Source: Patescibacteria group bacterium
Lineage (GTDB): Bacteria > Patescibacteriota > Microgenomatia > Levybacterales > UBA12049
Assembly: GCA_038062115.1 (NCBI GenBank)
Contig: JBBTXS010000007.1
Coordinates: 5,448 to 69,447, forward strand
Reading direction: 5' to 3'
Length of the DNA: 64,000 bases
The notes beneath the pieces were generated by a model. The model was not told the DNA's origin, did no database searches, and worked only from the letters and a program-made list of their open reading frames with translations. Every line of letters starts with the position of its first letter. Within the stretch, counting starts at the first letter, position 1. Both the position numbers and the translations under genes were made by a program. Shown piece after piece: positions 45,811 to 54,916 of the stretch.

Positions 45811-46167
45811 ATGAAAAATATTGCAAAAGACATCTTTCGCCAAAGACTTCTGATGGAAGGGTATTATGAAATTCCTGTAGACGAGTCCGTAATAGAAAAA
45901 TATTTTATAGAAATTTGTAGCCATCTCAATTTAAGAATGTATGGAAAACCGATAATTTTTTCTCCTGGTGGCGAAGGGAAAAAAGAAAATCAAGGCTATG
46001 ATGCTTTTGTGCCACTCATTGATTCAGGAATTTCAGTTTATGTATGGACGAACAAAAAATTTGTTTCCATTATTCTTTACACCTGCAAAGGTTTTAACTC
46101 CGATGAGGCGATGGCATTTACGAAGAACTTTTTCAAAGTTAAAGAATTAGTTTCGGAAGAATTTTAA
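45811..46167 (+). CDS. S-adenosylmethionine decarboxylase-related protein
   Basis: 118 aa. PLIDSGISVYVWTNKKFVSIILYTCKGFN resembles the (E)SHxxxHTWPE...D.F.C core of SpeH-type proenzymes (by eye). Confidence 0.45.
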   Translation: MKNIAKDIFRQRLLMEGYYEIPVDESVIEKYFIEICSHLNLRMYGKPIIFSPGGEGKKENQGYDAFVPLIDSGISVYVWTNKKFVSIILYTCKGFNSDEAMAFTKNFFKVKELVSEEF

Positions 46168-46168
46168 T

Positions 46169-46405
46169 ATGAACAAATGGTTTGTAACATGGAATAGACC
46201 GAATTATTTCGAATGGGCAAAAGCTAATAAGAATGGGTATAGGTTATTAGTAATACATCCAGAGAGTGATGGAAGATATTTAGCTGTGGATGCTCAATTG
46301 GAGATGCTTCCGCAAGGGTTGCCAAAGTTTACTGTTACCGAGCAGAAATACATAGGTGATCTGAAATCTGCTAAACAACAGGTTGCTGAGTGGCAAAATA
46401 AATAA
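46169..46405 (+). CDS. hypothetical protein (78 aa)
   Basis: ORF track. Tightly packed behind 45811..46167. Confidence 0.4.
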   Translation: MNKWFVTWNRPNYFEWAKANKNGYRLLVIHPESDGRYLAVDAQLEMLPQGLPKFTVTEQKYIGDLKSAKQQVAEWQNK

Positions 46406-46575
46406 GCGATTGCGGAGCAATCGCAAAATCGCGCGCGCAAAAAATAGCGGAGGCGCGGCGGGTGGGGGCGCCGCGCCGGCCTGTCCGCCGAAGCCTCGGC
46501 GAAGGCGGGAGCAAGCGAGCCGAGCGGAGCGAGGCGACCTAACACATTGAGGTTCGACATTTTTTGTAAACCGCC
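46406..46575. repeat. GC-rich hairpin block ending in a W'-like element-end sequence
   Basis: GCGATTGCGGAGCAATCGC and GGCGCGGCG...CGCCGCGCC hairpins. GAGGTTCGACATTTTTTGTAAA (46549-46570) matches GAGGTTCGAATTTTTTCGTATA at 58933-58954. Confidence 0.5.
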
Positions 46576-46665
46576 AGCCAGTCTGGAAGGGTGTGTGAAG
46601 CTATATCACATCCGATGCGATGTGTGGTAATACTTATAAAAGATTAATGGTAAGATAAGTATGGG

Positions 46666-47571
46666 ATGATAACAAAAAGAGTTTCCCTGCTTTTTCTTAG
46701 TGGGGTTTTGCTTATTGGTATAGGGTTTTTTATTGGAAGGTTGTCGAAAGAAAACCCAATAATAGAGAGTTATTCTTTGTCAGAAAGGATAATATCAAGG
46801 ACGGCTTCAATTTTGGGAGAACGGAGCGTAGCAGAAGTTAAGATTACTAAAATTTTTGATGGAGATACTGTTGAGACAGAAACTGGGGAAAAGATTCGTT
46901 ATCTTGGTATTAACGCACCGGAGAAAGGCGAACCCTTTTTCGAAGAGGCAACAAAATTTAACGAAAGTTTGGTATTGAGAAAGAACGTGGTTTTGGAGCT
47001 TGACGCTGAGAAAAACGACAGATACAGAAGAACGATTGCGTATGTTTTTGTTTCGGATAAGTTGGTGAATCTTGAGATGGTCAAAAGCGGTTGGGCAGTA
47101 TTACAAACTATTCCACCCAATGTAAGATATCAGGATAAACTTGTTGCGGCTCAGAACGAATCAAAAGAGAAATGTTTAGGGCTTTGGGCTGGTTTATGTA
47201 AAGATGGGGTAAAGATTTCAAATGATTCGTCAAGCTGCGTAAAAATATCATCAATTTACGCGGATGCGTCTGGGAATGATAACGAGAATAAAAACGGAGA
47301 GTGGATAGAAATAACAAGCTCATGTTTGGAATCCGTGTCGTTAAACGGTTGGCTCTTAAAAGACAGTTCGGCTTCAAATAGGTATCGGTTTAAAGACTTT
47401 AGTTTGGATAGGGGTCAAAGCGTTATTATTTATTCGGGATGTAGTCAGGATTCAGAAGACAGACTATATTGGCAATGCCCTGAGGGAAAATATGCAATCT
47501 GGAATAATTCAGGAGACCATGCGTTTTTATACAACGATAAAGGAAAACTGTCAGCAGATTATCAATACTGA
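46666..47571 (+). CDS. thermonuclease (SNase-like) fused to a lamin-tail domain
   Basis: FDGDTVE...IRYLGINAPE...RTIAYVF for SNase. C-terminal NGEWIEITSSC...LNGWLLKD for the LTD. Confidence 0.75.
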   Translation: MITKRVSLLFLSGVLLIGIGFFIGRLSKENPIIESYSLSERIISRTASILGERSVAEVKITKIFDGDTVETETGEKIRYLGINAPEKGEPFFEEATKFNESLVLRKNVVLELDAEKNDRYRRTIAYVFVSDKLVNLEMVKSGWAVLQTIPPNVRYQDKLVAAQNESKEKCLGLWAGLCKDGVKISNDSSSCVKISSIYADASGNDNENKNGEWIEITSSCLESVSLNGWLLKDSSASNRYRFKDFSLDRGQSVIIYSGCSQDSEDRLYWQCPEGKYAIWNNSGDHAFLYNDKGKLSADYQY

Positions 47572-47579
47572 TTCAGAAA

Positions 47580-48635
47580 CTAAAACCAGCGTTTTAATCT
47601 AAATACAAAAAGCATACCGCCACCTATAATAAACATAATGGTTAATAGAATAACAAACGAGGAATTACCTTGCGCATAAGGCAACCCTTGGATGTTCATT
47701 CCGTAAATGCTTGCAACTAAATTGAGAGGAAGTACAATTGCGGAAAAGATTGTTAAAACTTTAATAATTTGGTTTGTTTTAGATGCTATAAGCCAATCAT
47801 TGCTTTGTGCTATTCCTTCAATAAGCTCTCGGCTATCCTCAAGCCGGTGCCCTATTTTCATTAAATGGTCAAGGATATTACTCCAGTAAGGCAACATATC
47901 ACCATTTAGAGTCTTGTGTTTTCCTTCTTCAAGCTGTTTAAAAAGAGGCATGCTTGGCTTTATCATAGTTTGAAGGAAAACGATATTTCGTCTTGTAACA
48001 GAAATTTCCTCAAGAGCTGTTTGAGATTTTTTGTTTTCTATTTCCTGATCAATTTTTTCAATCATGACAATAAGCTCATTTATTACTGGAAAACATGAAT
48101 CTACCAACGCGTCAATTATTTTATATGCAAGAAACACAGCGCCCTGACCCATAAACTTGTTTCTATTGCCTAATGTTTTTTGGCATAAAGAAAAAATTTC
48201 GTTAATAGGAGACAGAACTCCTTCGTGTAGGACAACTAAGTATTCTTTTCCAATAAATAAGTTAACATGGGACGTAATAATTCTTCTTTTTTCAGGTAGA
48301 GAGAATTGGAAAATAGGGATAGAAGAGAGGGTTGCATGGGAAATATTTAGCAGGCGTGATAGTGTAGTTCTGTCTGCTTTTTCTTGGCCGTTTGAATTTA
48401 CATGATTGCCGTTTTGTTTAAAGAAAGGAAAATCTAACACAACAAGGCTGTAATCTTTGAACGTTTCAATCTTTGGTATTTGTGTTCTGTGGGTATAGTC
48501 TTCAAGATCAAGAGGGTTAAAGCCGAAATTTCTTTTGAGATCTTTAATTTCTAGCTCATGTGGATTAGTTACATTAACAAATGATAACCCGTTAAAACTA
48601 ACCGTTTGAATGTTCACATATTGTATTGTAGCCAA
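47580..48635 (-). CDS. corA: CorA family magnesium transporter
   Basis: YGMNIQGLP (GMN motif) followed by two C-terminal TMs. Confidence 0.85.
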   Translation of the reverse strand: MATIQYVNIQTVSFNGLSFVNVTNPHELEIKDLKRNFGFNPLDLEDYTHRTQIPKIETFKDYSLVVLDFPFFKQNGNHVNSNGQEKADRTTLSRLLNISHATLSSIPIFQFSLPEKRRIITSHVNLFIGKEYLVVLHEGVLSPINEIFSLCQKTLGNRNKFMGQGAVFLAYKIIDALVDSCFPVINELIVMIEKIDQEIENKKSQTALEEISVTRRNIVFLQTMIKPSMPLFKQLEEGKHKTLNGDMLPYWSNILDHLMKIGHRLEDSRELIEGIAQSNDWLIASKTNQIIKVLTIFSAIVLPLNLVASIYGMNIQGLPYAQGNSSFVILLTIMFIIGGGMLFVFRLKRWF

Positions 48636-48782
48636 CAGAATTTATTTGTCAAGTCCAGGCAAATATTGGGGGTTGACCTAAGGAGTGTAGAATGGTTTAA
48701 TGAGAATTAAAGAGACTCTTGACAATTAGCAGATGATATGGTAGGTTGCCAATAGTAGTTCGACAAGCTCACTATTAAAATT

Positions 48783-51158
48783 ATGGAAAAACTTGTTCCA
48801 CTAATACCAATTCGAGACGGAGTTATTTTCCCAAACACTGATTCTGTTTTAACTTTTGGTAGACCAAAAAGTTTAGCAGCACTTGAATCCTCTTTTAATA
48901 ACGAAAGAATTATCTGTTTTGTTCTTCAGAAAAATTCAAAGCTAAATGATCCTACTCCCACAGATCTTTATAATGTCGGTACTCTTTCTCGAATTGAGCG
49001 CATGATTAAAACCGATAGAGAGATAAACGCTCATGTAAGGGGAATTTCTAGAGTTAAGGTTTTGACAATTGAAGAACACGATTCTTTTCTTTTGGCAAAA
49101 GTTATAGAAATGCCCGATATAGTAGATAATGATCCAGAAATTAAGGCTCTTTGTAACCATCTGACAAATGAGTTTAGGCGCGCAATGAATTATGGAAAAT
49201 CAGTAGACTTTTTGGTGTTTATGAACATCATGTCCGAGAGCTCCCCTTCGGAGTTGTCAAATCTTATAGGTTCGGTTCTAGATATAAAGCCAGGAGAACG
49301 CCAACTTCTTTTAGAGACAAGCAATGTAAAAGAAAGGCTTGAGAAAATTACAGAACTTCTGGCGAAGGAGCTAAAGGTTTTAGAGCTTGAAAGACGAATT
49401 GCCTCAAAAACTCAAGAAAGATTTGAGAAAGGGGCGCGAGAAGCAATGCTTAGAGAAAGGCTTAAAACTATAGAGAGAGAGCTTGGGGAAAATGAAGAAG
49501 ATGGCGAAATTCGAGAGTTAATGGATAAAATAAAGAAGGCTGGGATGCCAGAAGAGGTTGAGGAGAAAACAAAAAAAGAAGTGAAAAAACTTTCTCAAAT
49601 GACCCAATTTAATCCAGAGGCTGGTTATATTAGGAATTACTTAGATTGGTTGGTAAGTCTTCCATGGAGCAGGGAAAGTAAGAACAATATAGACATAAAA
49701 GTAGCCCAAAAAATTCTTGATGAGGACCATTTTGGTTTAAAAAAAGTCAAGGAGCGTATTGTTGAGTATTTAGCAGTCCATAAATTAGCAGGCAAAATGA
49801 AAGGGCCAATTCTTTGCTTTGTTGGACCTCCCGGAGTTGGAAAGACGTCAATTGGTAAGTCAATTGCTCGTTCGCTTGGAAGAAAATTTGTTAAGGTTTC
49901 CCTTGGAGGAATTAGAGACGAGGCAGAAATTAGAGGACATAGGCGTACTTATGTGGGCGCATTGCCTGGACGCATAATTCAAGGAATAAAAAATGCGGAT
50001 ACAAAAAATCCAGTGTTTATGTTGGATGAGATAGATAAAGTTGGTACAGATTTTAGAGGCGACCCATCCTCGGCTCTTCTTGAGGCATTGGATCCAGAAC
50101 AAAATAACCAATTTTCCGATCACTATCTTGAGGTTGCATTTGATTTGTCGGATGTAATGTTTGTAACAACTGCAAATATACTAGATACTATTCCACCAGC
50201 ACTTCGCGATAGGCTGGAGGTTATTCACTTTGCTGGATACACAGAGGATGAGAAATTTAAGATAGCGCGTGAATTCTTGGTTAAAAAGCAAATGGAAAAT
50301 CATGGATTGAATCAAGACTTAGTTGAGATAACCGATGATGGTCTTCATTTTGTGATACAACATTATACAAGAGAGGCTGGGGTTAGAAGTCTTGAGCGTC
50401 AAATAGCAGCAATATTTAGAAAAGTTGCCAAGATGATAGCTGAAGGGAATAATAAAAAAGTAATAATTTCCCCAAAAAATGTTCCTAAGTTTTTGGGACC
50501 CATTAAAATTAGCTCAACAATCCTTGAGAAAAAAGATGAGATTGGAATGGCAACGGGTCTTGCTTGGACAGAGGCAGGGGGAGACATTTTGTTTATCGAA
50601 GTTGCTCTTATGCCAGGAAAAGGCCAACTTATTCTTACTGGTCAGTTAGGCGAGGTTATGAAAGAGTCATGTACAGCAGCAATGTCTTATATTAGAGCTA
50701 AAGCTCATCAACTGGGACTTTCTGAAAAATTCTATCAAAAGATTGATGTGCATATTCATGTTCCAGAGGGCGCTGTTCCTAAAGACGGTCCATCCGCTGG
50801 AATTGCAATTACAACAGCAATTGTATCGGCTCTTACAAAGATTCCAGTAAAAAGAATTGTTGGAATGACAGGGGAAATAACATTAAGAGGTCGAGTTTTA
50901 GAAATTGGCGGGCTAAAAGAGAAAGTTATTGCAGCTCATAGATCTAAGCTTAAAACAATTATTGTGCCAAAAGAGAACAAAAAAGACCTAGAAGATATAC
51001 CAAAAGAAGTTTTGGAAGACCTAAGGTTTATGTTTGTTTCGCACATGGATGAGGTTTTAGACATTGCACTTTCTAAGCAATTAAAAAAGCGCGAGACAGA
51101 AATAATTACTGCGCACCATCCACTTCTCCACGCGCCCTCTCCTTACCCTATTGACTAA
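48783..51158 (+). CDS. lon: ATP-dependent Lon protease
   Basis: GPPGVGKTS Walker A. Proteolytic PKDGPSAGIAITTAIVSAL (catalytic Ser) and LKEKVIAAHR. Confidence 0.95.
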   Translation: MEKLVPLIPIRDGVIFPNTDSVLTFGRPKSLAALESSFNNERIICFVLQKNSKLNDPTPTDLYNVGTLSRIERMIKTDREINAHVRGISRVKVLTIEEHDSFLLAKVIEMPDIVDNDPEIKALCNHLTNEFRRAMNYGKSVDFLVFMNIMSESSPSELSNLIGSVLDIKPGERQLLLETSNVKERLEKITELLAKELKVLELERRIASKTQERFEKGAREAMLRERLKTIERELGENEEDGEIRELMDKIKKAGMPEEVEEKTKKEVKKLSQMTQFNPEAGYIRNYLDWLVSLPWSRESKNNIDIKVAQKILDEDHFGLKKVKERIVEYLAVHKLAGKMKGPILCFVGPPGVGKTSIGKSIARSLGRKFVKVSLGGIRDEAEIRGHRRTYVGALPGRIIQGIKNADTKNPVFMLDEIDKVGTDFRGDPSSALLEALDPEQNNQFSDHYLEVAFDLSDVMFVTTANILDTIPPALRDRLEVIHFAGYTEDEKFKIAREFLVKKQMENHGLNQDLVEITDDGLHFVIQHYTREAGVRSLERQIAAIFRKVAKMIAEGNNKKVIISPKNVPKFLGPIKISSTILEKKDEIGMATGLAWTEAGGDILFIEVALMPGKGQLILTGQLGEVMKESCTAAMSYIRAKAHQLGLSEKFYQKIDVHIHVPEGAVPKDGPSAGIAITTAIVSALTKIPVKRIVGMTGEITLRGRVLEIGGLKEKVIAAHRSKLKTIIVPKENKKDLEDIPKEVLEDLRFMFVSHMDEVLDIALSKQLKKRETEIITAHHPLLHAPSPYPID

Positions 51159-51283
51159 GGCAAGAGTTATATAGTAGCATAAATACTGCTTTTTAATACA
51201 AACACATTATAATGTTGTAAAGTAGAGCTATGCAAAGGGGAAAAGAGACAGATTATCGATCCGTAGAACCGCCAAAAGAGAAC

Positions 51284-52228
51284 ATGATGCTTGGGGGGAA
51301 AGTTGCATCTGTCTTTCCAGGACAAGGATCGCAATTTGTAGGTATGGGTTTTGAGTTGTATCAAAACTCAAGATCAGCAAGAGACGTATTTGACGAGGTG
51401 GATCAGGCTTTGAGATTTAAGCTCTCAAGACTGATTTTTGAAGGATCAGACAAGGATCTTACAGATACAATTAACTCTCAGCCGGCGATAACGGCTGTTA
51501 GCATAGCAAGCGTTAAAGCATTAGAAGAAACTTTAGGAAATAAAATACCACAATCTGAAGTGGTGGCTGGTCATAGCTTGGGATTCTATACATCTCTGGT
51601 TGTGGCAGGCGTTATACCTCTTAGCGATGGAGTGAGGTTAGTAAGAGAACGGGGTAGGTTGATGAAGGAGGAGTCAGCAAAACGGCCAGGAGGAATGGTT
51701 GCTATAATTGGACTCGATCAATTGACGTTGGAAGAAATATGCCAAGAGGTAGGGGCTGAGATTTCAAATATTAATTCTCTTAATCAGTTAATAATCAGTG
51801 GGGATAGAATTGCTCTTGCACGAGCAACGGATCTTGCGTCTGCCAGAGGAGCAAGAAAAGCTGTTTCTTTGGCTGTGAGCGGAGCTTTTCATTCTTCTCT
51901 AATGGGGGGAGCAAGAGACGAATTAGCTAGAATAATTAATGCGATGGAATTTAATGACCCAAAAATTCCAATAGTGGGGAATTCGAATGCAAAATTCTTA
52001 ACTACAGCACAGGAAGTTAAAGAAGAATTAATAGATGGATTGTGCAATTGTGTTCAATGGCATAAGTCGGTACTCAATATGGTTAACTTTGGTGTATCCC
52101 ACTTTATTGAATTTGGGCCGGGCAGGGTGCTTAGCGGTTTGATTAGGCAAATAGACGAAAGTGTTCAAGCTTTTAGTATTAATTCTCCAGGTTCTATTCA
52201 AAAGCTAGCAAACGCAATGGCGCCCTAA
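51284..52228 (+). CDS. fabD: malonyl-CoA:ACP transacylase
   Basis: VFPGQGSQFVGMG, GHSLGFYTS (GHSxG), SGAFHS. Start chosen at MMLGGK. Confidence 0.85.
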   Translation: MMLGGKVASVFPGQGSQFVGMGFELYQNSRSARDVFDEVDQALRFKLSRLIFEGSDKDLTDTINSQPAITAVSIASVKALEETLGNKIPQSEVVAGHSLGFYTSLVVAGVIPLSDGVRLVRERGRLMKEESAKRPGGMVAIIGLDQLTLEEICQEVGAEISNINSLNQLIISGDRIALARATDLASARGARKAVSLAVSGAFHSSLMGGARDELARIINAMEFNDPKIPIVGNSNAKFLTTAQEVKEELIDGLCNCVQWHKSVLNMVNFGVSHFIEFGPGRVLSGLIRQIDESVQAFSINSPGSIQKLANAMAP

Positions 52229-52261
52229 GAAGTAATTCCTGTTCTAATTAGTCGCTTATTT

Positions 52262-52366
52262 TAGTAGACCTATACGAAAAAATTCGAACCTCTTTCATAT
52301 TAAAAAGGTAGTCGCTCTCTTCGTTCGCTCCTTCTATTTTATATTGCTCGGCCTTCGGCCTCGCTC
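52262..52366 (+). repeat. island left junction (core TAGTAG) plus arm W
   Basis: tagtagACCTATACGAAAAAATTCGAACCTCTT...ATTTTATATTGCTCGGCCTTCGGCCTCGCTC. An inverted copy lies at 58866-58962; the first ~31 and last ~32 nt are identical and the middle has diverged. Confidence 0.8.
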
Positions 52367-52947
52367 TTTTGTATTTTTTGCGATTGGACCGACGACTATG
52401 TGCGCGATTTTTTTTGGAACTCCAAAATGGATTATATCAGGTTTTTCTTTAATCCGTTTCAACCCACCCACCCGATTATGGTGGCGGCGACCCCGCCTTT
52501 GGGCGCTAGGTCCCGCTTGGGCGGGACTCGCCAATGTTTTTACTTTTCTAAAATCCTATACAGTCTCTTCCCAACTCCAGACCAATTTAGTATCGTTGCG
52601 CCGTCGGCGGGGTACTTCCGCTTTTCGCCCCCGCCGCTGTTATTTTACCCCTTCCTGTTCATGAAGCATCGTCCCGCCCTTGGCGGGACTTGTGGTAGCT
52701 CGGTTGGCTCACCCGCCTGTTTTCTAAAACCATAGTATGATTTCGGCGGGTTCGCGTTGGTCGGGCTACCTATCCAAAACATATCTTACGTTAAAGTTTT
52801 TCTGACGGTAGCCCTCCCTTTAGCAAAGATTCCATGATGGGGCGGGGTCGGCGGACGCCGCCAAAACTAATCGGCCAGAATGGTGGAAATTGGCCGTCCG
52901 TCTTTAATATTTCCCATGAAAGTGCTAGAATTCAAAGTAAACAAGAT
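52367..52947. ncRNA. GC-rich, hairpin-dense non-coding block (candidate structured RNA)
   Basis: Repeated GTCCCGC(C)-YTTGG-GCGGGAC hairpins at ~52510-52528 and ~52671-52689. A 9-bp stem GGTAGCTCG/CGGGCTACC (52694-52702 / 52762-52770) encloses CCCGCC...GGCGGG. Only overlapping low-complexity ORFs on both strands. Confidence 0.35.
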
Positions 52948-53787
52948 ATGGGAAAAGTTATTTCAAAAATAGATGCCATAAAGTTGTCAGGTCTTGACGA
53001 TAAAACATTTGATAACTATTTTAAAAATGCAGGTGAATTTGCTTGTCTTCCAAGAGAGGGAAAGACACGATTTCTTTTTGACGAAGACAAATTAAAAAGA
53101 TGGAAGGAAGATTACGAATGGAGGACTGTAGAGCTTGATTTTCAAGATTATGCTCTTTGCTTGGACTTTGCGCTAGCACAGCATTTTCGAGGGTATGTTT
53201 TATCTGATTGGGGTACTGGCCGCCAAAGAGAGTTTGGGCAGAAAATAACAAACTGGATAAAGGGTCAGCTGGGCGAAGTTGCTGTTAAGAAGTTTTTTAA
53301 AAAAGAGTTTGGAGTTGAAATAGAACTTGATTTTGATATCTATTCAAAAATTGTTCCGCAGGATATTATTGGAGTCTTTGAAAATGGGAAAATGAGGAAA
53401 CCTAAAACAGGAGTTGGCATAAAATCATCAAAGCCAAAAAGCGCATTTCTAGTGTTGGGATCAAACGAAATAAAACTTCCTGAAAGGAGATCGGATATTT
53501 ATGTCTATTGCAGACCAGATATTCCAGACGACCATCTGCTTAGATTAACAAAAGATCTGATAGTAAAAGCAGTAAAAGATAAGCCCCATTTCTCAAGGTA
53601 TAAAGATCAGTTGCCTGATTTTACAAATATTCCTTGTGAAATAGTCGGGTGGTGTAGGCCAGCAGAGTTAGAAGAGGTTTCAGGAATACCTGGACAAGAA
53701 TTCGATAATGGAACAAGATTTGTCAAAAAGTCCGGTTTACTCCATCGAAACAAGGACGAATGGAAAAAGCTTATACGAATGCTGTAG
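52948..53787 (+). CDS. putative type II restriction endonuclease (partner of the adjacent C5 methyltransferase)
   Basis: Convergent with dcm, overlapping by 17 nt. ELDFDIY...PQDIIGV...GVGIKSSKPKS is PD-(D/E)XK-like by eye. The ORF track N-terminal 38 aa fall in the GC-rich block; the ATG is at 52948. Confidence 0.45.
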   Translation: MGKVISKIDAIKLSGLDDKTFDNYFKNAGEFACLPREGKTRFLFDEDKLKRWKEDYEWRTVELDFQDYALCLDFALAQHFRGYVLSDWGTGRQREFGQKITNWIKGQLGEVAVKKFFKKEFGVEIELDFDIYSKIVPQDIIGVFENGKMRKPKTGVGIKSSKPKSAFLVLGSNEIKLPERRSDIYVYCRPDIPDDHLLRLTKDLIVKAVKDKPHFSRYKDQLPDFTNIPCEIVGWCRPAELEEVSGIPGQEFDNGTRFVKKSGLLHRNKDEWKKLIRML

Positions 53788-54916
53788 CTTGAGGAAAGTT
53801 AAATATCTCAATTTGCCTAATTTGGCGGTTTAATACGTTTCCATTTGTGAGTTTTGCAGGAATCCATTCGTATTTAACTCCGGCAAATGTTTTTAGCACG
53901 GCTTCAACTATACCTTTAGCGGCTTTAGGAGATACAGCCATTCCTATTTGTTTCCTAACACTTTCTTTTGATCCCTCAAAAACAAAAGTGTCAGGGAAAG
54001 TCTGTATCCTAGCTCTTTCTCTATTTGTTAATGCTCTGTTTTCTTTCCAATGGTAGCCATGAGTGCCGCCCCCGCCGCTGCCAGTTAATGTATAGGACGG
54101 TTTGTCTGGATGAAGCCTTTTATATATCTGGCTCATTCTAGCTCCTTTGACATTTAGTCTTAAATGTTCAGGCAATCCTTCGAACCAGACATTCTCACCG
54201 GGCGGGATATACTTTAGTCTTTCAACAACCATTTTACCTTGAGCCGTAATTTCATTATTCGAAGCGTCTTGCGGAATAGGAGGATTGTCTATAGCTTCTC
54301 TTGCAGAAACATATCTGCCAGCAGTTGTAGGAATTGGTACTTTAAACTCTAATCCAAGATCTTTTCTAATTCCTATAATTACAACTCTATGGCGGGCTTG
54401 CGGAACCCCGTACTCTTCAAATTTATATAGGTGGGGAGTTAGCCTATATCCTTTACCGGCATTTTCTAAATCTTTAAGAATTTTATTAAAAGCTCCGCCG
54501 CTGTTGGCGCTTTGCAGACCGCTTACATTTTCGGCAATGAACCATTTTGGATTGTGAATATTTATTGCTTTTACGCCGTAAGTATAAAGAGGACCGTATT
54601 TTCCGTTAAAGCCTTTTTGTTCTCCCACTATGCTGAAATCATTGCATGGAAATCCAAAAGCCAAAACATCAAAGGATGGCACTTTTTTGAAATCAATTGT
54701 TTCTACAGGAGCGCAGACGACATTTTTTAAATTTCCTCCGTGAATATTTCTTGCGTAAGTTCTGCAGGTGTCTTCATCGATATCATTAGCCCAGACAGGC
54801 ATCATTTTGTATAAATTGTTGTTAGAGTCTTTTACAGCGGCAAGCATTGCTCCCAGAGATAGTCCCCCTGGTCCGCAAAATAACTCGGCAAGTTTAAATA
54901 TCTTTGTATTTTTCAT
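53771..54916 (-). CDS. dcm: DNA (cytosine-5)-methyltransferase
   Basis: Motif I FCGPGG, motif IV GFPCNDFS, motif VI AENV, motif VIII QARHRV, C-terminal RIQTFPD. Confidence 0.9.
   Translation of the reverse strand: MKNTKIFKLAELFCGPGGLSLGAMLAAVKDSNNNLYKMMPVWANDIDEDTCRTYARNIHGGNLKNVVCAPVETIDFKKVPSFDVLAFGFPCNDFSIVGEQKGFNGKYGPLYTYGVKAINIHNPKWFIAENVSGLQSANSGGAFNKILKDLENAGKGYRLTPHLYKFEEYGVPQARHRVVIIGIRKDLGLEFKVPIPTTAGRYVSAREAIDNPPIPQDASNNEITAQGKMVVERLKYIPPGENVWFEGLPEHLRLNVKGARMSQIYKRLHPDKPSYTLTGSGGGGTHGYHWKENRALTNRERARIQTFPDTFVFEGSKESVRKQIGMAVSPKAAKGIVEAVLKTFAGVKYEWIPAKLTNGNVLNRQIRQIEIFNFPQATAFV

Noticed and set aside
48636-48782. Promoter or heat-shock operator (CIRCE-like) upstream of lon, and an M-box upstream of corA
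   Set aside because: TTGACA at 48718 has only a weak -10 (TAGGTT) at 17-nt spacing. No TTAGCACTC-N9-GAGTGCTAA-like palindrome or M-box-like structure could be recognised.
52334-52735. Three ORFs of 66-111 aa (52334..52534 -, 52344..52664 +, 52400..52735 +)
   Set aside because: They overlap one another on both strands and have Arg/Pro/Gly-rich low-complexity translations. They coincide with GC-rich hairpins. I treat them as a by-product of base composition, not as genes.
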